A DNA stretch of 64,000 nucleotides from an uncultured Nitrospira sp. (GTDB lineage: Bacteria > Nitrospirota > Nitrospiria > Nitrospirales > Nitrospiraceae). Below the pieces are notes generated by a model that did not search any database, was not told the DNA's origin, and saw only the letters and a list, made by a program, of their open reading frames with translations. Below, in pieces: positions 9,117 through 17,162 of the stretch. Made by a program: the position numbers and the translations under genes. Each line of letters opens with the position of its first letter. Position 1 is the stretch's first letter. The stretch spans positions 18,955 through 82,954 of the forward strand of contig CAZVEZ010000001.1 in NCBI GenBank assembly GCA_964626135.1, given 5' to 3'.

Positions 9117-10340
9117 CTAGGATCTATAGCTTGCGTTAATGCGAACATAGTCGAACGACAGGTCGGTTGTCCAAATATGGGCCCGGTGGTGTCCCTGTCC
9201 AAGCCCCACCGCGATCGTAAATTCTTTCTGGCGAAAGACTTTCGCGATGCGTTGTTCAGCCACGAATCCAAGCCCCATTCCTCGCTGTACCATCGGCACC
9301 CCGTCAAACGACAGGTTTAGTTTTGATGGGATAATCGGGACTCCGGCCCGCCCGATCGCTGCCATTACACGGCCCCAATTGGCATCTTCGCCGAACAACG
9401 CAGTCTTCACCAAATTTGAGGTTGCGATAGTTTGAGCCACTTGCCGTGCCTGCGCTACGGTAGTTGCTCCGCTCACCTCGATGTTCACAACCTTGGTCAC
9501 GCCTTCTCCATCGCGGCAAATAGCCAACGCGAGTGTTTGACAGGCCTCTATCAGAAGCAGGAGGAAGCGATGGAATCCAACTGTACCTTCTTTGATTGTG
9601 CGGTTCCCAGCCATGCCGTTTGCCAAACATAGAACGGTATCGTTGGTACTCGTGTCTCCATCCACCGATATACAATTAAACGATTCATCTGTCGCTAATC
9701 TAAGCGATCGTTGAAGGGCGCTCTTCGTGATCGAGACGTCTGTGGTGAAATAGGCCAGCATTGTGGCCATGTTGGGATGGATCATACCAGAGCCCTTCGC
9801 CATCCCGCCGATGGTGATCAATCGACCACCGATGGTGTCCTGAAGTGCGACGGATTTCGGACGCAGGTCGGTCGTCATGATCGCGCGAGCAGCATCCATG
9901 CCTCCATGGTCACTAAGCTGAGCCACCAGCTGCGGTATGCCATTGATGATTCGATCGATCGGCAACACACGGCCGATTATGCCGGTGGACCCGATAAATA
10001 CCTGCTGTGAAGGGATATTCATGTGCCGTGCGACCGACACGGCAGTTAATTTTGCGGCGGTCAATCCCTTAGCGCCCGTGCAGGCATTTGCATTTCCGCT
10101 GTTGACGAGTATGGCCCGTCCGATACCCTTGCGTAGGCGCAGGCGATCGACGATAACCGGTGCGGCGGCGACTTGATTTCTGGTGAAGACGCCGGCAATA
10201 GGACCACTTTGGTCCGAGGCGACGAGCGCTAGGTCAAGCAGACCTGGTTTCTTGATGCCGCAATGAATGCCGGCTGCACGAAACCCTTGCGGTGCGGTGA
10301 TTCCTCGGCGTGGAGATACGGTTGGTGGCTTCTTAACCAT
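9117..10340 (-). CDS. argJ: Bifunctional glutamate N-acetyltransferase / amino-acid acetyltransferase
   Basis: The 407-aa product contains the ArgJ autoprocessing region GMIHPNMATMLAYFTTD and ends in VRINASYRS, typical of the family. Confidence 0.95.
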   Translation of the reverse strand: MVKKPPTVSPRRGITAPQGFRAAGIHCGIKKPGLLDLALVASDQSGPIAGVFTRNQVAAAPVIVDRLRLRKGIGRAILVNSGNANACTGAKGLTAAKLTAVSVARHMNIPSQQVFIGSTGIIGRVLPIDRIINGIPQLVAQLSDHGGMDAARAIMTTDLRPKSVALQDTIGGRLITIGGMAKGSGMIHPNMATMLAYFTTDVSITKSALQRSLRLATDESFNCISVDGDTSTNDTVLCLANGMAGNRTIKEGTVGFHRFLLLLIEACQTLALAICRDGEGVTKVVNIEVSGATTVAQARQVAQTIATSNLVKTALFGEDANWGRVMAAIGRAGVPIIPSKLNLSFDGVPMVQRGMGLGFVAEQRIAKVFRQKEFTIAVGLGQGHHRAHIWTTDLSFDYVRINASYRS

Positions 10341-10372
10341 GCTCGTAGAAGGATTGTCTTGCTGATTGTGGA

Positions 10373-11446
10373 TTAGGGGTAGGCAGCAGGAGCCGTCAAG
10401 CCTGTCTCTTCAGGGAGACCCAGCATAATGTTCATGGCCTGAATAGCTTGACCGGCCGCGCCCTTCACCAGATTATCCAGCGCAGCTACCGTAATGATCG
10501 ATCCTGAACGGGGATCGAGGTACACTCCTATGTCGCAATAGTTGGAGCCTTTGGTGTAACGCGGGTTTGGAATGGTCTCTTCCTGGAACCTAACGAACCG
10601 CTCACCTTTGTAAAAGTCTCGATATAACGCTCGCAGGTCCGCCAATGAGAGCGGACTCTTCAACTTGCAGTAGGCGGTACTCAAGATGCCACGATTCATC
10701 GGGACAAGGTGTGGGGTGAAGGTAACAGTCGGTTGTGCGGCCGTTTTTTCCGATGATGGCGCGGCACGTTGAAGTAATCGGCCAAGCTCTTGTTCGATCT
10801 CAGGAATGTGACGGTGTCCTCCCAGTTTGTATGGCTCCAACGATTCATGAGCTTCAGGAAAATGGTAGGGGAGCGCCGGGCTTCGTCCGGCCCCGGAGAT
10901 GCCGGACTTTGCATCGATGACGACGGTGTGCGGCTGCACGAGTCCCTGGGCAAAGAGCGGGGCCAATTGCAGAACGGCTGCTGTGGGGTAACAGCCAGGC
11001 GAGGCCACCAACTTCGCTTTGGCGATGGTGGTTCGATGCAACTCAGGGAGTCCATAGACTGCGTCCTTCAGCAAGTCTGGATAGCTATGCGGTGTTTTAT
11101 ACCACTGTTCATAGACAGCGGGATCCGTGAGGCGGTAGTCGGCGCTGAGGTCCACGACCAGTTTACCGGTTTTGAGGCAGGCAGAGACCGGCTCCAATGA
11201 TTTGGTATGGGGAAGGGCCAAGAAGACCGCGTCTGTCTGTTCTGCTAAGGCTTCGGGTGAGAGCGCTTGAAACGAGAGAGATACGAGGCCGGCCAGGCTT
11301 GGGAAGACCGCTGCCACGGGAGTCCCCGCGGATTTTTCCGATGTCACAGCGTGGAGCTCAAAGTGTGGATGGAGAACTGCCAGGCGAACGAGCTCCGCTC
11401 CGGCATATCCACTGGCTCCTGCAATTGCGACGCGTACCTTTTTCAT
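10373..11446 (-). CDS. argC: N-acetyl-gamma-glutamyl-phosphate reductase
   Basis: It starts MKKVRVAIAGASGYAGAELVR (Rossmann GxSGYxG) and has the catalytic-Cys region ASPGCYPTAA. The track ORF was trimmed from 11479 to the ATG at 11446. Confidence 0.95.
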   Translation of the reverse strand: MKKVRVAIAGASGYAGAELVRLAVLHPHFELHAVTSEKSAGTPVAAVFPSLAGLVSLSFQALSPEALAEQTDAVFLALPHTKSLEPVSACLKTGKLVVDLSADYRLTDPAVYEQWYKTPHSYPDLLKDAVYGLPELHRTTIAKAKLVASPGCYPTAAVLQLAPLFAQGLVQPHTVVIDAKSGISGAGRSPALPYHFPEAHESLEPYKLGGHRHIPEIEQELGRLLQRAAPSSEKTAAQPTVTFTPHLVPMNRGILSTAYCKLKSPLSLADLRALYRDFYKGERFVRFQEETIPNPRYTKGSNYCDIGVYLDPRSGSIITVAALDNLVKGAAGQAIQAMNIMLGLPEETGLTAPAAYP

Positions 11447-11476
11447 CTCTATCACCTGCCATGTGCGCCACGGGCA

Positions 11477-11508
11477 CAAAAAAAGGGAAGGCGTGGAGCC
11501 TTCCCTTT
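11477..11508 (-). terminator. Rho-independent terminator after rpsI
   Basis: The plus strand reads AAAGGGAAGGC-gtgga-GCCTTCCCTTT, preceded by an A-run. On the minus strand this is an 11-bp stem followed by UUUUUUU, about 20 nt after the rpsI stop. Confidence 0.75.
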
Positions 11509-11529
11509 CTCTGTCTGTGGCTCCGACGA

Positions 11530-11922
11530 TTATCGTTTCGAGTACTGGAACCGCTTCCTCGCACCCTTCTGTCCGTACTTCTTCCGCTCTTTGACGCGCG
11601 AGTCACGTGTCAGCAAGCCTTCCTTCTTCAAGGGCGTACGAAGGGGTTGGTTGAGTTCCACCAGCGCGCGTGCGATAGCATGACGCAGGGCGCCGGCTTG
11701 GCCGGTCGGTCCACCGCCATGTACGGTGGCTTTAATGGAGTACTGTCCCATCACGCCACCGATCTCGAGCGGGAACTGAATAATCTGCCGCAAGGTCAGT
11801 CGTGGGAAAGCTTTCTCGATCGGTTGATCGTTGATCATAATGTCGCCTGCCCTCCCGGTGACCCAGGCTCTGGCAATCGCGCACTTTCGTCGTCCGGTTG
11901 CATATTGAGTCGCTACTGCCAT
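11530..11922 (-). CDS. rpsI: 30S ribosomal protein S9
   Basis: The 130-aa product contains GRRKCAIARAW, has a GGGxxGQAGA core, and ends in the invariant KRFQYSKR. Confidence 0.97.
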   Translation of the reverse strand: MAVATQYATGRRKCAIARAWVTGRAGDIMINDQPIEKAFPRLTLRQIIQFPLEIGGVMGQYSIKATVHGGGPTGQAGALRHAIARALVELNQPLRTPLKKEGLLTRDSRVKERKKYGQKGARKRFQYSKR

Positions 11923-11957
11923 GGCTACAATGTCTCCTTCTTCGGTCGCGGTGATGA

Positions 11958-12386
11958 TTACAAAGTAATCGGTTCTGGTCCTTGCGCCTGGTGCGGATGA
12001 GTGGGGCCAACATAGACGCGGAGTTTCTTTGCCATATGGTTTCCCAGTGGGTTCTTGGGAAGCATACCTTTAATCGCTTTGGTCAAGAGCACGGTCGGGT
12101 CCTTGCGGAAGACATGCTGTGCCGTCGCAGTCTTGAGCCCTCCAGGAAAGCCGCTATGATGGCGATAGAGTTTCGTCGCCATTTTGTTTCCCGTGAGATG
12201 AATTTTCTCCGCATTTACAATTACAATATGGTCACCCATATCCACATGAGGAGTAAAGGTCGGCCGGTGTTTCCCACGCAAAACTCCGGCTACGCGCGCT
12301 GCCAATCGGCCCAATGTTTTCCCCTCCGCGTCTACAACGTACCACTTTTCCTTCACGGCCAAGGGCTTTTGCATGTAACTCAACAT
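11958..12386 (-). CDS. rplM: 50S ribosomal protein L13
   Basis: [48 protein letters not shown] aligns with the E. coli L13 N-terminus. At 142 aa it has the canonical size once the track ORF is trimmed to the ATG at 12386. Confidence 0.95.
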   Translation of the reverse strand: MLSYMQKPLAVKEKWYVVDAEGKTLGRLAARVAGVLRGKHRPTFTPHVDMGDHIVIVNAEKIHLTGNKMATKLYRHHSGFPGGLKTATAQHVFRKDPTVLLTKAIKGMLPKNPLGNHMAKKLRVYVGPTHPHQAQGPEPITL

Positions 12387-12418
12387 TGTGTTTCCCTGCT
12401 CCTTCACTTTCCGAGGAA

Positions 12419-12916
12419 TTAAGTTTCCTGTACTTCCGGCGCGTTGATATTTTTCGACTCCAGTTTTGCGAGCCAGGCGTCGAGGTTTGTGGTGCTCCGT
12501 CGTTTCAACACATCTTGGGTAATATAGATCGGACAAGGCGCTCGAAGGGCCAACGAGATGGCATCACTAGGCCTGGCATCAATCGTCCGTTCCACGCCTC
12601 TATTAGCAACATACACCAAGGCGTAATAGGTGCTGCTTTTGACGTCCGCAATGACGACGCGTTGGATTATGATATTTAAATGTTCGGCGAAGCTCTTGAT
12701 CAAGTCATGGCTCATGGGCCGAGGTGTGATCATAGTGTCGAGCGCTAATTTAATGGCGTTACCTTCTGCGGCTCCGACCCAAATCGGAAATACATCGAGG
12801 ATGCCATCCTGTCGTGCCAAGACGACGATTCTCGTATCGGTGTTGGCTTCCTCCAGGATGCGCTCCACCCTGTATTCAACCAGTTCTTGCTCTTTAGATA
12901 GCTTGATGGTGCTCAT
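12419..12916 (-). CDS. Bifunctional-nuclease (BFN/DUF151) domain protein, paralogue 2
   Basis: It contains [16 protein letters not shown]...TPRPMSHDL...[14 protein letters not shown], the DUF151 pattern. The track ORF was trimmed to MSTIKL (ATG 12916). Confidence 0.75.
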   Translation of the reverse strand: MSTIKLSKEQELVEYRVERILEEANTDTRIVVLARQDGILDVFPIWVGAAEGNAIKLALDTMITPRPMSHDLIKSFAEHLNIIIQRVVIADVKSSTYYALVYVANRGVERTIDARPSDAISLALRAPCPIYITQDVLKRRSTTNLDAWLAKLESKNINAPEVQET

Positions 12917-12932
12917 ATGCCGTCTTGCTGAA

Positions 12933-13388
12933 TCAGGAGTCCAGTTTGCCGAAATCTTCCGGTCTGAGATTTTCCAGCCACTGTTCCAGTTCATCGGAGC
13001 TCTGTTTGGTGATGACGGAATCGTTCGCGAACACCGGCGCGTTGCATCGAAGCGCAAGCGCGAGAGCATCGCTGGGCCTGGCGTCGACAGTGTATTCTGA
13101 ATCTTCGTACATTAAATGAATTTTTGAAAAATATGTGTGCTCCGACAAGTCCGTAATAACAACGCTAATGACCTTTGCGTTGTAGGCATCGAGGAGCGAT
13201 TTCATAAAGTCATGTGTCATCGGTCGGGGTGGCGTGACGTTTTCCAATGCCATACTGATGGCGCCTGCCTCTGACTTGCCGACCCAAATGGGGAGCATGT
13301 CGGAATGCTCGTCGTCACGCAGCACCACAATATACGCGTTATTAGAGGGGTCGAACATCAACCCTTTTATCTGCATCTGTGTAATCAC
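12933..13388 (-). CDS. Bifunctional-nuclease (BFN/DUF151) domain protein, paralogue 1
   Basis: It contains LPIWVGKSEAGAISMAL...PPRPMTHDF...VDARPSDALALALR and ends in LRPEDFGKLDS. The motif layout matches the downstream paralogue. Confidence 0.8.
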   Translation of the reverse strand: MITQMQIKGLMFDPSNNAYIVVLRDDEHSDMLPIWVGKSEAGAISMALENVTPPRPMTHDFMKSLLDAYNAKVISVVITDLSEHTYFSKIHLMYEDSEYTVDARPSDALALALRCNAPVFANDSVITKQSSDELEQWLENLRPEDFGKLDS

Positions 13389-13592
13389 AACTACACGAAC
13401 TCCTTCTCCTCAGCTCACGAACTGTGAGGGAGATGAGGATCATTTTAACGAGGGGTCACGGGCGGAGCACTGTAGCACTTTTGAAATCGGTCTGTCAACG
13501 AAGTCTGCGAGATCGCTGGAGAAATTCACGGGAGGCTCCGGCAGAAGGCAGTTGAGTCATAAGTCCTTCATCCAGGTGAAGCGTCCTTTGAT

Positions 13593-13871
13593 TTAGGCCG
13601 GTGGACGATAATTCTGATCGAGTTTTCCTGTATCAGCGTGCTCGCCAAGTTTGAGAAACGCCTTCATTTGTTTCTTCACGAGCTCTCTGCCGCTTTCTTC
13701 ACCCAGGTTGATCTGATACTCGTTGATGACCATGACCCGCATACCTTCCCACTTTTTCCAGCAGGGCTTGCAGACCTTGGTTTTGATCTCTAACTCAAGC
13801 TTTCCCATGAAGATCGGATCAGTGATCGGTTCTCCGGTTTGTCCACACGTTACGCACTGCACATCTGCCAT
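13593..13871 (-). CDS. YggX-like Fe(2+)-trafficking / oxidative-damage protection protein, Cys4 variant
   Basis: The 92-aa product aligns by eye with E. coli YggX: the Cys near residue 6, W..W, MVINE (MLINE in E. coli) and a basic/acidic helix ending in FL. It additionally carries CxxC...CxxC (C6, C9, C34, C37). Confidence 0.65.
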   Translation of the reverse strand: MADVQCVTCGQTGEPITDPIFMGKLELEIKTKVCKPCWKKWEGMRVMVINEYQINLGEESGRELVKKQMKAFLKLGEHADTGKLDQNYRPPA

Positions 13872-13959
13872 GGTGTGAGAGTCCTTCCAAATGTTTTATT
13901 GGATGCGTCTACGAGTGAATTGTAACATTAGTAGTCGTGTGAAGAAAAGAGGGAGTGGA

Positions 13960-13988
13960 TTGACCCATGCATGGCTTCATGCTAATTA
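13960..13988 (+). promoter_or_regulatory. Possible promoter for tRNA-Leu (TTGACC-17 nt-TAATTA)
   Basis: This is a motif-only call. The -35 element TTGACC is at 13960..13965, the spacer is 17 nt, and the -10 element TAATTA is at 13983..13988. A GC-rich discriminator (GGCTCGCCG) follows, about 23 nt upstream of the tRNA 5' end. The -10 lacks the conserved final T. Confidence 0.3.
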
Positions 13989-14011
13989 AGGCTCGCCGTG
14001 TGCGCGGATAT

Positions 14012-14098
14012 GCCCGGATGGCGGAACTGGCAGACGCGCCGGACTCAAAATCCGGTTCTCGCAAGAGAGTGGGAGTTCGACCCTCCCTCTGGGCACCA
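14012..14098 (+). tRNA. tRNA-Leu (anticodon CAA), class II with long variable arm, encoded CCA
   Basis: The acceptor stem GCCCGGA pairs with TCTGGGC. The anticodon stem is CCGGA/TCCGG with loop CU-CAA-AA. A long variable arm (TTCTCGCAAGAGAGT) and a T-arm GGGAGTTCGACCCTCCC are present, followed by discriminator A and CCA. Confidence 0.93.
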
Positions 14099-14200
14099 TC
14101 AGATCCACAGCATCTCAACTGAATAGGCGTAAGTTTTGCCGATTCTGAGAAGGCTGGGATTACGCGCGAATCTGAATCGATTAAATATGCTTATCCTCAG

Positions 14201-14229
14201 TTGACATGTTCGAGGTGGTAGCCTATAGT
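14201..14229 (+). promoter_or_regulatory. Near-consensus sigma70 promoter (TTGACA-17 nt-TATAGT)
   Basis: A perfect -35 TTGACA is at 14201..14206, the spacer is exactly 17 nt, and the -10 TATAGT is at 14224..14229. It lies about 120 nt upstream of the ATG at 14351. Confidence 0.55.
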
Positions 14230-14350
14230 TCGCGCTCTAGAATGATAATGATGAAGTGTAAGATCCACGATGCTAATCCCATCTTCGTATCCGTAATATC
14301 AGTCGGTTACTTCCTAACGCTGAATTTTAATCTTACCGAGGAGGCAGCAC

Positions 14351-15091
14351 ATGCGTAACGTGTTGGCACTGGGAGCGGCAATTCTTCTTGTCGGTTCCGT
14401 GGGCGTGTCAATGGCTCAGGAGCGCTTGCAATCGAACCAATCCGGATTGGGTGTGGGTGAAGGAGTCGGTGATGTGTCGGGATCGAGCACTCGTGTAACC
14501 ACCTTTAATCGGGCTCAGTTCCTCGATCGGTTGTCGCAGGCGGAGACCATATTTGGTCGCGTGATCGGTCTCGATCTTCCGGGCAAAAAAATGTATATCG
14601 AGACAGGTGGAAGTTCCCACGATGAAGGGCGTGCAGGCGGTGGCGCGATGAGTTATTTGACGGTCTATTTTGATGACCTTACCAATTTCGATCAGATTCG
14701 TATTCTCGAGTCTGGCGATGACGTGACGATTCAGGCATTCGAGGAGACCAGTGTGAGTCAACCGTTCGGCACAGGTCGTAAGATTGTCCGTGAGATTGCT
14801 GTTATTCGTGGTAACGAGAAGCTTGCTGGCTTTGGCGGACTTGGACAGCGCCCGAATCCCATGACCGAGCGTGGGATTAACACGAACAGTGGCTCCACCA
14901 CAGGTGGTATCGGTGGTTCTGTCCTCCCAGGAAAGATCGATTCCGGTATCACGAGCCCGATTGGTGAATATACCGGTGCCGCTCCCTGCTGGCAGTGTGA
15001 ACCTCAGCCGGGATGGGGCAATGCAGTCGGCAACAAGTCAGACTACGGGACAGACTATACCAAGCCAAACTTGGTCAAGGGTCTAAACTAA
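14351..15091 (+). CDS. Secreted Gly-rich protein of unknown function
   Basis: The 246-aa product has a cleavable signal peptide (VGSVGVSMA|QE) and an SD GAGGAGG at 6-nt spacing. The central region is Gly/Ser/Thr-rich, and a CWQC motif lies near the C-terminus. It is flanked by a strong promoter and terminator. Confidence 0.65.
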   Translation: MRNVLALGAAILLVGSVGVSMAQERLQSNQSGLGVGEGVGDVSGSSTRVTTFNRAQFLDRLSQAETIFGRVIGLDLPGKKMYIETGGSSHDEGRAGGGAMSYLTVYFDDLTNFDQIRILESGDDVTIQAFEETSVSQPFGTGRKIVREIAVIRGNEKLAGFGGLGQRPNPMTERGINTNSGSTTGGIGGSVLPGKIDSGITSPIGEYTGAAPCWQCEPQPGWGNAVGNKSDYGTDYTKPNLVKGLN

Positions 15092-15123
15092 ATCGCGACA
15101 CATTTTGCGAAGGCTTTAGTTAG

Positions 15124-15155
15124 ACGGGGCAGCCAGACGCTGCCCCGTTTTTTTG
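15124..15155 (+). terminator. Rho-independent terminator
   Basis: ACGGGGCAGC-cagac-GCTGCCCCGT forms a 10-bp stem followed by TTTTTTT. It starts 33 nt after the stop at 15091. Confidence 0.85.
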
Positions 15156-15247
15156 TGTTCACCATAGCCGTGACACTGATTCTTTCTACAAGATGTACGT
15201 CCAGCTAGCGCATATCCCGCATTTAAGGCTATTTGTAGTAAAGAGAA

Positions 15248-15520
15248 GTGATTGAAGATGGAAAGGACGATGCGAAAGCGACGGGTCAACCGGATGTTGA
15301 GTTGGATCTTCGAGGAGTGATTTGTCCCTATAATTTTGTCAAAACGAAGTTGAGGCTGGAAGTGATGGGGCAGGGACAGATTACTTCAGTACTCTTGGGC
15401 GCTGGCGATCTCATGTGGAATGTCCCGCACAGTGTGATTAATGAGGGGCATGCCATCGTGTCTCAGAATCATATGAAGGGTTTCTATCGAATGATCATTT
15501 GCCGTGGCGAAGACGAGTAG
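15248..15520 (+). CDS. TusA/SirA-like sulfur-carrier family protein
   Basis: LDLRGVICPYNFVKTKLRLEVM resembles the TusA active-site region (LD..G..CP), with a conserved Cys. The start is GTG. The gene is 90 aa. Confidence 0.6.
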   Translation: MIEDGKDDAKATGQPDVELDLRGVICPYNFVKTKLRLEVMGQGQITSVLLGAGDLMWNVPHSVINEGHAIVSQNHMKGFYRMIICRGEDE

Positions 15521-15536
15521 CGGAGCATTTTTCGGT

Positions 15537-16295
15537 TCATTTTTTTCTGCTTGATCCTGCCCGATATCCTTCAATGACAACCGTGATTGCTGAGCCTTTC
15601 GGCAGCGGTCCGATCTGATCGAACAGCTTACCGGGCTTTCCACGGTAGAGGGTCTCTTCAGGTGTTGTGAGATTCATGGTAATGACCGTCTGTCGAGTCG
15701 GAAGTTCCTGCATCAAAGCTTTCAGAAGGTCTTTCAGAGCTTGGGCAGCTACATAAAAGACAAGGGTTTTTCGTTCTTTGCGGAGTCGGGAGAGGTATTC
15801 GGTGAGACGAAGATTGGGTGAGGGGAGGTGCCCATCAAAGATGATTGCGTCACCGGAAAATCCAGAAATCGCCGCTGCTGCTGTCAATGTAGAAGGACCC
15901 GGGATAGTCTTGACCGGGATTTGTGCTTGATGAGCAGCAGCCACAAATAAACTCCCCGGGTCGTAGATGACGGGAGTGCCGTTGTCTGATACAAAGGCCA
16001 CATCCTGCCCTTGCGTGAGTCGATGCAAAAGGACCCGCATTTTCTCGTGGCGATTGCGCGGGCCGTAGCTGGTGACCATGGCGGTGATGCCATGATGAGT
16101 CAGGAGCGCTTGAGTCACGCGGGGGTCTTCTGAGGCAATAATCATAACGCGGCGTAGTATGGAAAGAGCCCGAAGAGTGATGTCATCAGGGTGCCCAATC
16201 GGCGTACTGACGACATAGAGAGTGCCGGGATGACGGGACGTGGCCGTTCGGCTTTCAACCCCGTGATCGTTTGGTTGACTCCCATCTCGTGCCAT
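15537..16295 (-). CDS. rsmI: 16S rRNA (cytidine1402-2'-O)-methyltransferase
   Basis: GTLYVVSTPIGHPDDITLRALSILRRVMIIASEDPRVTQALL and VSDNGTPVIYDPG...IPGPS align with E. coli RsmI (tetrapyrrole-methylase fold). Confidence 0.85.
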   Translation of the reverse strand: MARDGSQPNDHGVESRTATSRHPGTLYVVSTPIGHPDDITLRALSILRRVMIIASEDPRVTQALLTHHGITAMVTSYGPRNRHEKMRVLLHRLTQGQDVAFVSDNGTPVIYDPGSLFVAAAHQAQIPVKTIPGPSTLTAAAAISGFSGDAIIFDGHLPSPNLRLTEYLSRLRKERKTLVFYVAAQALKDLLKALMQELPTRQTVITMNLTTPEETLYRGKPGKLFDQIGPLPKGSAITVVIEGYRAGSSRKK

Positions 16296-16357
16296 CGATA
16301 TAATTCCTCGTTTAATATCAGTCTATTTGTGCTGAAAAGTCGAGAGGATGGACCTCT

Positions 16358-17161
16358 ATGGCCGCCGTGTTTTTTGTGGTGACGATGACCTTGTATTTTG
16401 CGGCGACTGTTTCTTTTCTTGCCTACCTGATCCGGCCTTCTGAAGCCCTGGCAAACGTCTCCCTGGGAATCACGGCGACCGGCTTTGCCTCACACACGCT
16501 TGCGTTGGGTGCACGGATGAGCGGGGCGACGGATGTCTCTCTCCCAGGGTTCCAGGAAGCGCTGTCGTTTTTTTCCTGGATGTTGATTCTAGTCTTTCTT
16601 GTCGTGGAGTTTCGCCATCGCTTGCACGTGCTTGGGTCGTTCATTGTTCCCCTGGCTTTGGTTTCGCTGGTCTCTGCTGCGGCATTGCCGGAAACTGCTC
16701 CTGCGCTCACGCCGGTATTCCGAACGCTGTGGGTCCATGTTACCCTAAGCATGCTCGGCACGGTGGGATTTGCCATCGCCTTTGTGGCTGGTCTCATGTA
16801 TCTGATTCAGGATGGGCTTCTCAAGTCCAAACGTTTCAACGCCCTCTACTCAAAACTGCCCGCCTTGGATTTTCTGGACCATCTCAATCAACAGTCGATC
16901 GTGACGGGGTTTCCGCTGCTCACACTCGGCATCATTACTGGTGCGCTTTCTGCCGAGCTCTCTCGGGGATCGTATCTGAATTGGAATCCTGAACAGACAG
17001 GGGCATTGGTGACGTGGGTATTCTATTTTGTCGTGCTGACGGGACGATTGACTGTAGGTTGGAGAGCTAAACGAGCGGCATATCTCACGATCATCGGATT
17101 TGCCGGGGTGATCCTGACCCTCATCGGCGTGGTCCTTAAGAGTCACGGACCGGTGTCTTAA
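16358..17161 (+). CDS. Cytochrome c assembly (CcsA/HemX-like) family membrane protein
   Basis: The 267-aa polytopic protein has 8 predicted helices and a degenerate Trp-rich region (NWNPEQTGALVTWVFY). It is immediately upstream of hemA with a 1-nt gap, as HemX-type genes are in hem operons. Confidence 0.7.
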   Translation: MAAVFFVVTMTLYFAATVSFLAYLIRPSEALANVSLGITATGFASHTLALGARMSGATDVSLPGFQEALSFFSWMLILVFLVVEFRHRLHVLGSFIVPLALVSLVSAAALPETAPALTPVFRTLWVHVTLSMLGTVGFAIAFVAGLMYLIQDGLLKSKRFNALYSKLPALDFLDHLNQQSIVTGFPLLTLGIITGALSAELSRGSYLNWNPEQTGALVTWVFYFVVLTGRLTVGWRAKRAAYLTIIGFAGVILTLIGVVLKSHGPVS

Positions 17162-17162
17162 T

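Noticed and set aside
13389-13592. An imperfect hairpin (TCCTCA-g-CTCAC-gaact-GTGAG-ggaga-TGAGGA) between the yggX-like gene and BFN paralogue 1, considered as a terminator or attenuator.
   Set aside because: The stem is interrupted and has no adjacent U-tract on the minus strand. It overlaps the SD region of the downstream gene. It is not strong enough to call.
13900-15250. A possible tRNA-Leu-associated genomic island, suggested by low-GC flanks and an unknown secreted protein.
   Set aside because: There is no integrase or other mobility gene. I could not find a direct repeat of the tRNA 3' end downstream. The region is only about 1.2 kb.
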